Of a DNA stretch of 64,000 nucleotides, positions 38,141 to 47,619 are shown in pieces. Position numbers and translations under genes: made by a program. This stretch comes from Fimbriimonadia bacterium (GTDB lineage: Bacteria > Armatimonadota > Fimbriimonadia > Fimbriimonadales > JABRVX01). Numbering within the stretch: position 1 is the stretch's first letter; each line of letters opens with the position of its first letter. The notes under the pieces were generated by a model. That model saw only the letters and a program-made list of their open reading frames with translations. It did not search any database and had not been told where the DNA came from. The stretch is from contig JBGPGO010000001.1 of the NCBI GenBank assembly GCA_041483895.1, forward strand, positions 352,001 to 416,000, written 5' to 3'.

Positions 38141-39459
38141 ACACGGGCCCCCAGATGCTCGTCGACCAACTGACGGAAGTGGGCGGCGCGTTCGGCGAAA
38201 TCCTTGTATGCGTCGAAGCTGGAACATCCGGGCAGGAGGACGATCGACTCCCCCGGTTCCGCCATCGCGGCGGCAATGCCCAAGGCCTCTTCTAGATTCT
38301 TCGCCTTCTTGTGCGGCAAATTGTTGAGCGCTTTGGACAGGCGGTCGGCAATTGCGCCATAGATGACAGTGGGTTTGGCGAGGCGCTTCGCGGCCTCGAC
38401 GATGGGAGACAGATCCAATTCTTTGTCGTGCCCTCCGATGAGAGCGACGATGGGAAAATCGACTCCCACAATCGTTTTGAAAACGGAGTCCGGGTTGGTG
38501 CAGGACGAATTGTCGATGTATCGGACGCCGTCAACGTCGGCGATGATCTGCATCCGATGCGGCAACCCTTTGAACACCCGAAGACCGTTGCGAATGTCTT
38601 TGGACGGCACGCCCATCGCGAACGCCCCCGCCGCCGCGGCCAACGCGTTTTGTCGGTTGAACTCCCCGGGGACTTGGATATCGCCTTCGCCCCCGAGCTC
38701 CCACTCGATGCCGCCGCGGCGCAGAACCATTTGGCCATTGCGCCAAAACGCGCAGTCGCCTTTCGTCTCCACGCCAAAATCGATTCGCTGCGCCGCGCCG
38801 GTTTTCGCGCTTGGTTCCCCAACAATGGCGACGTCCTTGGATGTCATGTTGTTGAAGATCCGTTCCTTCGTGCGGAAGTAATCGTCCCGGCCTTCATAAC
38901 GCGTAAGATGATCGCTGGCGATGTTGGTGAGGATTGCGAGGCGTGGACGGAACTGATCCACCCATTCGAGCTGGAAGCTGCTGATTTCGGCTATCAAGAC
39001 ATCCAGATCGTCGGCCTGCATCGCCGCCGCCGTAATCGGGTTGTCGAGTCCTTCGCCGGCGATGTTTCCGCATAGATGGGCTTCCAGGCCCGCGGCAAGG
39101 GCGATGCTGTGCAGCATGGCGGTCGTGGTCGATTTGCCGTTGGTCCCTGTGACCGCCCAGATCGGCGCGCGGGCGATGCGAAAGGCCAGCTCCGGCTCGG
39201 ACCAGATGGGGATCGATTCCTTGCACGCGGCCAGCAGCGCCGGATGGGTCTTGGGAATGCCGGGGCTGGAGACGATGAGATCGAATCGGTCCATGGGCAG
39301 CGCGCCGTCCCAGTTTGCAACCAGATCGATTCCGGCTGCGTCTGGAGCATTTTGATCGAATGCCGTAACCTGTACACCGTAGGCCATCAGAACATGCGCG
39401 GCGGAGCGGCCCGAACGACCGAGACCGAGCACCGCAGCGCGGGAAATATCGCGGATCAT
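38137..39459 (-). CDS. murD: UDP-MurNAc-L-Ala--D-Glu ligase
   Basis: GLGRSG, SPGIP, GTNGKSTT, EISSFQL, GLPHR. Start reassigned to ATG 39459. Confidence 0.95.
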   Translation of the reverse strand: MIRDISRAAVLGLGRSGRSAAHVLMAYGVQVTAFDQNAPDAAGIDLVANWDGALPMDRFDLIVSSPGIPKTHPALLAACKESIPIWSEPELAFRIARAPIWAVTGTNGKSTTTAMLHSIALAAGLEAHLCGNIAGEGLDNPITAAAMQADDLDVLIAEISSFQLEWVDQFRPRLAILTNIASDHLTRYEGRDDYFRTKERIFNNMTSKDVAIVGEPSAKTGAAQRIDFGVETKGDCAFWRNGQMVLRRGGIEWELGGEGDIQVPGEFNRQNALAAAAGAFAMGVPSKDIRNGLRVFKGLPHRMQIIADVDGVRYIDNSSCTNPDSVFKTIVGVDFPIVALIGGHDKELDLSPIVEAAKRLAKPTVIYGAIADRLSKALNNLPHKKAKNLEEALGIAAAMAEPGESIVLLPGCSSFDAYKDFAERAAHFRQLVDEHLGARV

Positions 39460-40397
39460 CGCGCCATCACCACATAGCCGATTGTGCACAGAGCTTGCGC
39501 AAGCACAAAGCCGGAAGTGATCTTCTTTTCCGCGATTCCCTTTTGCTGGAACGCATGGTGAATTGGCGTTCGAGGAAATACGCGGCGCTTGAAAAGCTTG
39601 ACGCTGGCGATTTGGATTGGCACCGGAATCAGTTCGATGAGAAACACTCCGCAGAGCAGTATGGCCCATGGACTGACATGCTGTTGATCGAGCAAGGCAA
39701 AAGCGAAGCAGGCGCCGATGGGAAGCGAGCCGACGTCGCCCATGAACACTTTTGCCGGCGGCGCGTTGAAAACGAGAAATCCGAGGCACGCCCCAAGGAT
39801 CGATCCGGCGTAGAGCGCGGGAGCGCCGACCAGGAAGATGCCGAGCGCGGCCAGCGACATGGTCCCGGCGGCGAGACCGTCCAATCCGTCGGTCAAATTG
39901 AATGCGTTGGCCATTCCAACGATGATGACTGCGTACATCCACATGTATCCCCATCCCTGAGGATGGAGCACTAGCAGCGGAATGTAGCCGGCTGCGGTTT
40001 CGATCACCGGCGCCGGACCGAAATAGCTGTAACAGGTCGGCAATGCGACCGCAAATTGCAGCGCCAGTTTCGGCATCCAACCCAAACCCCGTTTGCCGGT
40101 CACGCGGGGCATCACATAGTCATCCAAGAACCCGATCGCGGCGAATCCTAGCATGAGCCAAATAAATTGCATCCAGGAATCGGTAACGTCGACCCACCTA
40201 AAACCGGCTATAACGAGCGTGCCGAGGATAGCCGCTAACATCATGATCCCGCCCATCGTCGGGGTGCCCTGTTTGACCTGATGTTCCGGCACGAACTCGC
40301 TGATCTTCTGAATCGCCTGCACACGGCGCAAAAGGATCAAGGTGAATGGGCCGAGAATGAGAGTAAGCGCGAGGCTGACAAGAATCGCGACCATCAT
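39456..40397 (-). CDS. mraY: Phospho-N-acetylmuramoyl-pentapeptide transferase
   Basis: KQGTPTMGG, GFLDDY, NLTDGLDGLA, FMGDVGS, PIHH. Confidence 0.95.
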   Translation of the reverse strand: MMVAILVSLALTLILGPFTLILLRRVQAIQKISEFVPEHQVKQGTPTMGGIMMLAAILGTLVIAGFRWVDVTDSWMQFIWLMLGFAAIGFLDDYVMPRVTGKRGLGWMPKLALQFAVALPTCYSYFGPAPVIETAAGYIPLLVLHPQGWGYMWMYAVIIVGMANAFNLTDGLDGLAAGTMSLAALGIFLVGAPALYAGSILGACLGFLVFNAPPAKVFMGDVGSLPIGACFAFALLDQQHVSPWAILLCGVFLIELIPVPIQIASVKLFKRRVFPRTPIHHAFQQKGIAEKKITSGFVLAQALCTIGYVVMAR

Positions 40398-41779
40398 GCT
40401 CCGGCCCCCGCGCCCAACGCATCGAGAAGGCGCTCCATATGCAGGCTGCGGGAGCCCTTAATTAAGATAAGATCCCCCTCGCGCGAAAATTTTGGGAGCC
40501 ACTCGGCGACTGCCTCTGTCGATTCGAATCGAGCGGCTCCCTCCTTGGCAATGGATGCTTCCGCTGCTGCGTCCGCAATCCAACCGGCTTCCTTGCCGAC
40601 CACGGCCAAAACGTCTATGCCCAACTCGGCGACCAGCCTCCCGATCGCCCGGTGCTCGGATTCTTTGTAATCACCCATTTCCAACATGCCGCCGAGGACC
40701 GCGATCTTTCTCTCCGCCTCCATCTGGGCGAGGGTCTTCAGGGCTTCCGTCATGGAATCGGGGCTGGCGTTGTACATGTCCGCCAAGACCCGAACCCCGC
40801 CGAACGGGATAAGCTGCATGCGGTGAGGCGGAAATTCCGTGTTTTGCAGCGCTTCGGCGGCGCGGGCCACATCCAACCCCAAAGCGCTTGCGACGGCAAG
40901 GGCGGCGCATGCGTTTGCGGCTTGAAATAGTCCGATGGCGTTCAGATGCCCCTGAACTCGGCGGCCAAAGGCGGAAAACGTAACGTCGCTGCCCGTGTCT
41001 GTCGCTTCGATCCCCATCACATGCACGTCGCCGCCGGTTCCAAAGGTGACAATCGGACACTGCGTCTTGGATCGCAGACTCTCGAAGTACGGCGAATCTT
41101 TCGGCAGGATGGCCACGCCGTCGCTGGGCAGAGCGGAGAGCAGCTCCGCCTTGGCATCGGCAATCGCCTCGGGGCTGCCCAGCTCGCCGACATGCGAAAG
41201 GCCGATGTTGGTGACGACGCCAATGCTCGGTTTAGCAATGTCGCAAAGCTCGGCTATCTGGCCCGGTCCCCGCATTGCCATCTCCACGACGCTGATCATG
41301 TGGGCGGCGCACAGATGGAGCATCGCGAGGGGGACGCCGACTTCTGTATTCAGGTTGCCTTCCGTCTTGTGAACGGATACCATCGGGGCGAGCGCGGCGG
41401 CAATCATCTCTTTCACGCTGGTCTTTCCGGTGCTCCCGGTAACCCCAATCACCTTGGCCGGCATCTTCGCCCGGTACCATGTTGCGAGTCGCATAAGTGC
41501 AAGTTTTGTATCAATAACCTGTATGAAACTGTCGCCTCCAATCGCGCTGCCCTTTTCCACCACCACCGCAACAGCGCCCATTTTGAAGGCCTCCGCCACG
41601 AACGAATGGCCGTCCACCTTTTTCCCCGGCAGGGCAAAAAAGAGCGAGCCGTGAAGCACATCCCGGCTATCCGCGACGACGGATCCCACGGGACCGCTGT
41701 TGCCGACTAACGTGCCTCCCATGGCAAGCGCGGCTTCTTCCAATGTGAAGAGGCATCCAACGGCGGCGGTCCCAGTCAC
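40394..41779 (-). CDS. murF: UDP-MurNAc-tripeptide--D-Ala-D-Ala ligase
   Basis: DSR, VTGSTGKTSVKE, GNLNTEVGVP, YNASPDSM, KGSR. Confidence 0.95.
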   Translation of the reverse strand: MTGTAAVGCLFTLEEAALAMGGTLVGNSGPVGSVVADSRDVLHGSLFFALPGKKVDGHSFVAEAFKMGAVAVVVEKGSAIGGDSFIQVIDTKLALMRLATWYRAKMPAKVIGVTGSTGKTSVKEMIAAALAPMVSVHKTEGNLNTEVGVPLAMLHLCAAHMISVVEMAMRGPGQIAELCDIAKPSIGVVTNIGLSHVGELGSPEAIADAKAELLSALPSDGVAILPKDSPYFESLRSKTQCPIVTFGTGGDVHVMGIEATDTGSDVTFSAFGRRVQGHLNAIGLFQAANACAALAVASALGLDVARAAEALQNTEFPPHRMQLIPFGGVRVLADMYNASPDSMTEALKTLAQMEAERKIAVLGGMLEMGDYKESEHRAIGRLVAELGIDVLAVVGKEAGWIADAAAEASIAKEGAARFESTEAVAEWLPKFSREGDLILIKGSRSLHMERLLDALGAGAGA

Positions 41780-43209
41780 AGCAACGCCTCGCGAACCACT
41801 TCCCTATCGTCAAAGTGGATTCTTGTATCACCGGTGATCTGATAGTCCTCATGTCCTTTGCCGGCGACAACGACGAGGTCTCCCGCCCGGGCCCCGGAGA
41901 TGGCGCGGCTTATGGCCTGGCGGCGGTCGGGCTCCACTTCGACCGCCGCCATGGCGCTAGGAGCGACCCCAGTTAAGATGCTATCGATAATCTTCTGCGG
42001 GTCCTCGGTTCTTGGGTTGTCCGAGGTGATGACAACCCGGTCAGCAAGTCGTGCGGCGATGGCGCCCATCTTCGGACGCTTGGTAGCGTCCCGATCCCCG
42101 CCGCAGCCGAATACCACGGTCAGCCTGTCCGGATGCAGATCGCGGCAGGCCTCAAGCAGCTTTTCGAGCGCGTCCGGCGAGTGGGCGTAGTCAACGATAA
42201 CGTGAAATCCCTTGTTGGTGGAGACTCCCTCGAATCGCCCTGGAGCGGGGAGGGACTTTGCAAGACCGGCGGCGATTTGGCTTGGCGTCAACCCAAGACT
42301 GTGGCAGGTCGCGGCGGCGGCCAGCGCATTCTGCACGTTGAAACGGCCGCCCAAAGGAAGAGAGACGTCAACATCTCCGGCGGGCGTCAAGAGCCGCATT
42401 TCGATACGCGTTGCCGTAACCTTGACGTTGGAACACCGAATGTCGCCTTCGTTAAGGCCGAATGTCACGAGCCTTCCCCTCACTTCGGTTGCCATGCGTG
42501 GGCCGTACAGATCGTCCAAGTTGATCACCCCGACAAAATCCTTGTTTCCGCCGAATTCCGAGAACAACCGGGCTTTCGCGGCAAAGTAGTCATCCATATT
42601 CTGATGGAAGTCGAGATGCTCGGGCGTTAGATTTGTATAGGTTGAGGCGTCAAACTTGCACCCATCGGCCCGGTGGAGAGCTAAGGCGTGGGAGCTGACC
42701 TCCATCACGAGACTATCGCAACCGGCTTTGACGGCCTGCCGCATCATCCGCGCCAAATCGTGCGCCATCGGCGTCGTGTGTCCGAGATCGATGTACTCGC
42801 CGCAAATATTCGCACCGAGCGTGCCGATAAGAGCGCATCGGCTGCCGGCCTCTTGCAGAATCGCCCGAATCAGGTGCGTCGCTGTGGTTTTGCCATTGGT
42901 GCCGGTGACCCCAAGCAGCCGAAGCTGCGATGAGGGATCGCCATAGAATCTATGCGCGATCTGCCAAACCGCTTCCTGCGCATCCGGGACCTGTACCCAG
43001 GCCGCGTCGAAACCGGTCGGACATGGCAGTTCGGACACCACAGCCACCGCCCCAAGCGCCATGGCCTGCGGAACAAAATCGTTCCCATCCACCCGCGCGC
43101 CCGGGAGCGCGAAGAACAGCGCGCCCGGCGAGACGCGGCGCGAATCGCTGACCAGGTCGGTCACTTCGACCATCGAGGCCACGCCGGGTACCAGATCGCA
43201 AAGATGCAT
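41776..43209 (-). CDS. murE: UDP-MurNAc-dipeptide--meso-DAP ligase
   Basis: GTNGKTT, MEVSSH, DYAHSPD, GCGGDRD, DNPR (DAP-type), AGKGHE. Confidence 0.96.
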   Translation of the reverse strand: MHLCDLVPGVASMVEVTDLVSDSRRVSPGALFFALPGARVDGNDFVPQAMALGAVAVVSELPCPTGFDAAWVQVPDAQEAVWQIAHRFYGDPSSQLRLLGVTGTNGKTTATHLIRAILQEAGSRCALIGTLGANICGEYIDLGHTTPMAHDLARMMRQAVKAGCDSLVMEVSSHALALHRADGCKFDASTYTNLTPEHLDFHQNMDDYFAAKARLFSEFGGNKDFVGVINLDDLYGPRMATEVRGRLVTFGLNEGDIRCSNVKVTATRIEMRLLTPAGDVDVSLPLGGRFNVQNALAAAATCHSLGLTPSQIAAGLAKSLPAPGRFEGVSTNKGFHVIVDYAHSPDALEKLLEACRDLHPDRLTVVFGCGGDRDATKRPKMGAIAARLADRVVITSDNPRTEDPQKIIDSILTGVAPSAMAAVEVEPDRRQAISRAISGARAGDLVVVAGKGHEDYQITGDTRIHFDDREVVREALL

Positions 43210-44987
43210 CAGTGGACATCCGCCATTGTAGGAGTTAGACGCCACCGCGTCACCAAATAGCTCGCGATCTTCTTGAATACCGGCGCGGCGACCTGGCCGC
43301 CGTAATATCCGTTTGTCGGTTCGTCGAGCAAGATCAGCACCGATACCTTTGGCCGGCCGTCAACCGGCACCACGCCGAAGAAATAGGAATCGTAATAGTG
43401 ATTCGACACCTTGTGCGTGGCGGGATCGACCCGCTGCGCGGTGCCCGTTTTGCCGCCGACATGAAAGCCCGGCACCGCCGCTTGGCTACCAGTTCCCCGC
43501 TTATTTTCAACCACCGACATCAGCATCTGCAGCACTTCCCCGGCCACTTTTTGGCTGATGACCTGTTTTCCCTTCCGTACAGGCACCGGTTGTGACCCAA
43601 TCTGCGAGATGAGGCGAGGAAAAACCACCTGCCCCTGGTTGGCGATGGCGTTGCAGCCGGTCAGCAGGCCGAGCGGAGTCAGCGCGATGCTTTGCCCGAA
43701 ACCGGTCACCGCCAATTCGTGCTGCGGATTGCCCCATTTCTCGATGGGCGGCAGCAGGCCATGCACCTCTCCAGGCAGCCCTATGCCCGGCTTTTCCAGA
43801 CAGCCGAAATTGTGTATATAGCGGACGAAGGTCTCCGCGCCCATTCTCTGCGCATACTCGCCGGCGGAGAGATTGCAGCTCACAGTCATCACCATCGTCG
43901 GGTCCAGTTGGCCATGCGCGCGGGTGCCATGATGATTGTCGCATCGGGTCGGTCGTCCGCCAAATTCGCGAATCCCCTTGCAGTAGGTCGGCGTATCCAT
44001 AGTGATTGCTCCGCTATCGAGCGCGGACGCGATCGTCACCACTTTGAAAACTGATCCCGGTGGAAAAACGAGACTCACAGCGGAATCTCGTAGCGGCGAG
44101 GAGTTGGCGGTCTTATATTTTTTCGCAAGAGCATCTTTGGGGCTGTTCGGATCGTAGTCCGGGAGGCTGACCATCGCGAGAATATCGCCGGTCTGCGGTT
44201 CCATCACGATCGCAACAGCGGTGGAAGGCTTATGCTTTTCGTATGCCTCCTGGAGCGCTTCGGTAACCGCCTGCTGAAGCTCCAGATCGATCGTCAGGTG
44301 AATATCGTCGCCGTGCTTCGCGGGCACACTCTTCAGGCGGTGGGTCGAAAGGACAAATCCGCTGCCGTCCGTCGGTCCTTCCACGAGGCCCGCCGTGCCG
44401 CCGAGAGCCTTTTTCTGCGAAAGCTCAATCCCCTCCCACGGTTCGCCATGATCGTTCACAAATCCCAATACGTGCGCAGCCAACCGTCCGTTCGGATAGG
44501 ACCGATCCATTTCCGCTTCCAGCGAAACGCCATCGGCCCGCCAGGAGCGCGCAATGTCTCGAATCCGGTCCATCTGCGGCTTGCTGAGGTCCGTGGCAAC
44601 GACCAGATATCCTGTGCCGTTTCGAAGAGCTGCGCTAAGGTCCGCCGTCGGCAGATTGGCAGCGCTCGAAAGATCCGCGATGAACGCGGGCGAATCCGTG
44701 CACCGGGCGGGATTGACACTTAACCGATACGTTGTCTGAGTGATAGCGAGAGGCCGGCCCTCCCGATCGTATACGCCACCACGCTCCGCAGGCAGCGTGA
44801 TTCTGGTGGCCAGCAGATCGCGCGCGCGCGATTCGTATGAGGCGTGTTCCGTGATCTGCATGCTCCACAGCTTTGCAACAACGGCGCAAAGGCCGAACGC
44901 CAGCAACGCGATCAGCCAATAGCCGCGTTGCTGGACGGCGGAGACACCCTTTCCGTTAGTCGCCACCGCCGGCTCCGATCGATGCAT
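43209..44987 (-). CDS. ftsI: Class B penicillin-binding protein (FtsI/SpoVD-like)
   Basis: RGGVYDR, PGSVFK (SxxK), SCN (SxN), KTGTAQ. Exact start uncertain. Confidence 0.92.
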   Translation of the reverse strand: MHRSEPAVATNGKGVSAVQQRGYWLIALLAFGLCAVVAKLWSMQITEHASYESRARDLLATRITLPAERGGVYDREGRPLAITQTTYRLSVNPARCTDSPAFIADLSSAANLPTADLSAALRNGTGYLVVATDLSKPQMDRIRDIARSWRADGVSLEAEMDRSYPNGRLAAHVLGFVNDHGEPWEGIELSQKKALGGTAGLVEGPTDGSGFVLSTHRLKSVPAKHGDDIHLTIDLELQQAVTEALQEAYEKHKPSTAVAIVMEPQTGDILAMVSLPDYDPNSPKDALAKKYKTANSSPLRDSAVSLVFPPGSVFKVVTIASALDSGAITMDTPTYCKGIREFGGRPTRCDNHHGTRAHGQLDPTMVMTVSCNLSAGEYAQRMGAETFVRYIHNFGCLEKPGIGLPGEVHGLLPPIEKWGNPQHELAVTGFGQSIALTPLGLLTGCNAIANQGQVVFPRLISQIGSQPVPVRKGKQVISQKVAGEVLQMLMSVVENKRGTGSQAAVPGFHVGGKTGTAQRVDPATHKVSNHYYDSYFFGVVPVDGRPKVSVLILLDEPTNGYYGGQVAAPVFKKIASYLVTRWRLTPTMADVH

Positions 44988-45417
44988 ACGACTTCACATT
45001 GTCGTCATTGAGCCCTTTTGTCGGCCGAAGAGTTACGAGAGTTGCCGCGCGAGTCATCCCGTTCTGCTCCGCCCATGCGGCAACGCGCTGCGGCGCGGCA
45101 AGCTGATCGACGGAGGCGGTCAACGTATCGCTCTTGGACAATTCATGTTGCAGCTGGGACTTGATCCGCACCGACCGTTGACGGGTCGATTCCAGCATGA
45201 ATGCTCCCAGCAGACTGTAGGCCATGTAGAAAAGAACGAGCCCGACGACACCCCATGCCATTAATCGCAAAACCGGCTGCCCTGCCGATACGGTTTCGGT
45301 GCTGGCGCGGCGCTTACGGGGTGCGACATAAACCCGGTTATCGGTCACCGGCTGGGTTCGTCGAACAACATATTTGGTTTCGCCTTTCGGCTTGATTGGC
45401 GCTAAAACGGCTGACAT
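44956..45417 (-). CDS. ftsL: FtsL-like septum protein
   Basis: Single TM, coiled coil, PQRVAAWAEQNGM; between rsmH and ftsI. Confidence 0.6.
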   Translation of the reverse strand: MSAVLAPIKPKGETKYVVRRTQPVTDNRVYVAPRKRRASTETVSAGQPVLRLMAWGVVGLVLFYMAYSLLGAFMLESTRQRSVRIKSQLQHELSKSDTLTASVDQLAAPQRVAAWAEQNGMTRAATLVTLRPTKGLNDDNVKSYASIGAGGGD

Positions 45418-45432
45418 CTTCCTTGATCCTTC

Positions 45433-46371
45433 CTACGCGGCGATCCGTTCCGCCGCTCGCAATTTGGCGCTCCGCGATCGCGGATTGCGCTCGATCTCTT
45501 CCTTCGATGGCGTAACCGGCTTCGGGGTCAACACCTTCAAGAATCGCTCTTTGCCACACCTGCATTCCAATGTCCCACGCGGGCAGACGCACTTTCCGGA
45601 CAGCTTCTGAAACGCATGCTTCACCTCCCTGTCCTCCAGTGAATGGTAGCTGAGCACCACCATCCGGCCGCCCAGCTTCAATGTCCGGGCCAGCTTTTCG
45701 ACCGCCCCGCTCAAGCCCTCGATCTCACGATTGACCGCGATCCGGATTGCCTGAAACGTGCGCGTCGCGAAGTGAATCCGTTTCTCCCTTGCGCCGAGCG
45801 GTACCGCCGCGGCGACTGCTTCCACAAGGTCCTTCGTCGTCCGCATGCGTCCGCGCCGTGCCGCGATCTGCTTTGCGATCGCCTTCGCCCACCGATCCTC
45901 TCCGAACTCTTTTATGATCCGTTCCATTTCCCGCTCATCCATCCGCGCCAGCATTTCTTCCGCCGTCTCGCCCTTGCCGCGGTCCATGCGCATGTCGAGC
46001 GGGCCATCCATCCGAAACGCGAACCCTCTTTCCGCCTCATCCAAATGGGCGGACGAAACACCCAGGTCAAGGAGTATGCAATCGGCGAGCGGGTATCCAA
46101 AGTTTCCCAACTCTTCCGGGAGATGCCTGAAATCGCAATGCACGAACTGCATCCTGCATGGCAGTGCGGAGAGCCGCTCCTTGGCTCTTTTCAACATCTC
46201 CTCATCCCAATCTGCACCCAATATCATCCCTGTGGGACCTATCGCCTTCCCTAGCAAGTCTGCGTGGCCGCCGAGCCCCAGCGTCGCATCTATCACCGTA
46301 TCGCCTGGCGACGGATGCAGGAAGTCCATGACCTCCTTTGGCATCACCGGCTCGTGGCCGAAATTCGTCAT
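45433..46371 (-). CDS. rsmH: 16S rRNA m4C1402 methyltransferase
   Basis: HEPVM, DATLGLGGH, DLGVSS, GPLDMRMD, SYHSLEDR, NPRSRSAKLR. Confidence 0.97.
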   Translation of the reverse strand: MTNFGHEPVMPKEVMDFLHPSPGDTVIDATLGLGGHADLLGKAIGPTGMILGADWDEEMLKRAKERLSALPCRMQFVHCDFRHLPEELGNFGYPLADCILLDLGVSSAHLDEAERGFAFRMDGPLDMRMDRGKGETAEEMLARMDEREMERIIKEFGEDRWAKAIAKQIAARRGRMRTTKDLVEAVAAAVPLGAREKRIHFATRTFQAIRIAVNREIEGLSGAVEKLARTLKLGGRMVVLSYHSLEDREVKHAFQKLSGKCVCPRGTLECRCGKERFLKVLTPKPVTPSKEEIERNPRSRSAKLRAAERIAA

Positions 46372-46847
46372 TCGTTCGCCGTGCGCGGGCTCATCCGCTC
46401 GAATACGGCGAAGCTCTTCTCTTTGTAACCGGCCGGATCGTCGCGGTAGGCTTCATACTCGGACCGGTTCCATATCTCCATCCACCCGCCCGTCCGCCAC
46501 ACGATCACGACGTCTGTGGCCTTGTCGATCTGGGATTCCTTTCGGTAGTCATCCCGGATCGTCAAGCGTCCGCTGGGATCGAACTCCAATCCCTGCCGCG
46601 CGACGGAGAAAACGTGCTGATCCAATCGCTCCCGGTCGCCCTCGTTCGAACAGCCGTTCATCAGCTCTTGCATGTACCGGACAAATGCGTCGTCCCGGTA
46701 GCAGCGGATCTCTCCGAGCATTCCGGTGGTCATGGTAATGCGGCTGCCGAGCGCCTCCCTCATCGGTTTGGGCACCAGGACTCTTGCCTTCACGTCGGTC
46801 CGGGCGAATTCCCTTCCCAACAAGAGCGGGTCGTTTTGCCGCGCCAT
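46368..46847 (-). CDS. mraZ: MraZ transcriptional regulator (divergent)
   Basis: Two DxxxR motifs (DVKAR, DPSGR), EIWN; first gene of the dcw cluster; GAGGAG SD. Confidence 0.85.
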   Translation of the reverse strand: MARQNDPLLLGREFARTDVKARVLVPKPMREALGSRITMTTGMLGEIRCYRDDAFVRYMQELMNGCSNEGDRERLDQHVFSVARQGLEFDPSGRLTIRDDYRKESQIDKATDVVIVWRTGGWMEIWNRSEYEAYRDDPAGYKEKSFAVFERMSPRTANE

Positions 46848-46862
46848 GTCCTCCTCAGTCGT

Positions 46863-46940
46863 CTCCACTTCTTGCCCCTGATTGCCACAAAATGCCACCA
46901 GCGGTTCGATAATCATAGTCGATTGGGACACGCAAGTCAA
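46863..46940 (-). promoter_or_regulatory. dcw promoter with MraZ-binding repeats
   Basis: TTGACT-N17-TATGAT (46940-46912), then GTGG/GTGG/GGGG/GTGG at an exact 10-nt period. Confidence 0.8.
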
Positions 46941-47110
46941 GCGGTTTGTGAGAAAAACATGAGACTTTTTTTAGAATCTAAAAGAACGTGGGGGTTTGTC
47001 TACTATTTCTACGTGGACTTATGTTAGTAGACGAATATATACATGTTTAGCTATTCTATGTTTGGCTTTTAGTAGACACGAGCATTTGTGGCATTTCGTC
47101 CCGCAATTCT

Positions 47111-47224
47111 CGTAACGCTGGCATCCTGACGGCCCGACCGCAACACTTCCGGCGTAACGCCGGCATCCTGCCGGCACGATCAGCAACATTTCTGGCGTAA
47201 CGCCGGCATCCTGCCGGCACGATC
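47111..47224. repeat. Three tandem GTAA-type REP-like units (family E)
   Basis: CGTAACGCCGGCATCCTGCCGGC-like units at 47111, 47153 and 47196 (period 42-43). Confidence 0.85.
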
Positions 47225-47513
47225 GGCCAAAAAAATGCCCCGGATGGGTTCCGGGGCATGCGGCGAAAGGGAGGGAGGAGAAAGTAGTATCCCGTTGCGG
47301 TGGTAGAATCGTCGCCCCACTGCGCCCTGCCGCGGAGCCCGCGTCCCTCGCCTTCGCCATAAATCAAGTGCTATCCTGTGCCGCGAACCTTCTTCCCCGT
47401 TTGCAGTCCAAGCCCACAAGCACCCGTGCGAGGGAGGCGAGGATCAAGTAGAAATGGTGTGGTACGAGGGAAGCCCTCCCCTTTTTCCGGCCCCTCAAAT
47501 CTTGCTCAGCGAT

Positions 47514-47616
47514 GTGTTCGGGTTCACTCGGCCTGACCACCCCGGCCCGCCGCCAACCAAGACCTGAACACAAGGCGTCACTAGCGTCCAATACCTTCAC
47601 AGTCGCACTGTGAAGG
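47514..47616. repeat. Family C variant followed by a family B palindrome, downstream of acs
   Basis: GTGTTCGGGT..ACCTGAACAC (47514-47571); CCTTCACAGTCGCACTGTGAAGG (47594-47616). Confidence 0.8.
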
Positions 47617-47619
47617 ACC

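Noticed and set aside
39460..40080. 207-aa N-terminal extension of MurD in the ORF track
   Set aside because: Alternative frame over mraY; the real start is the ATG overlapping the mraY stop.
47002..47029. dif-like site (TTATGTTA)
   Set aside because: Only part of the XerD arm matches; no convincing XerC arm.
47111..47224. CRISPR-like direct repeats
   Set aside because: Only three units; the linkers are short and similar to each other; no cas genes; the same unit occurs singly at 10942, so it is REP-like.
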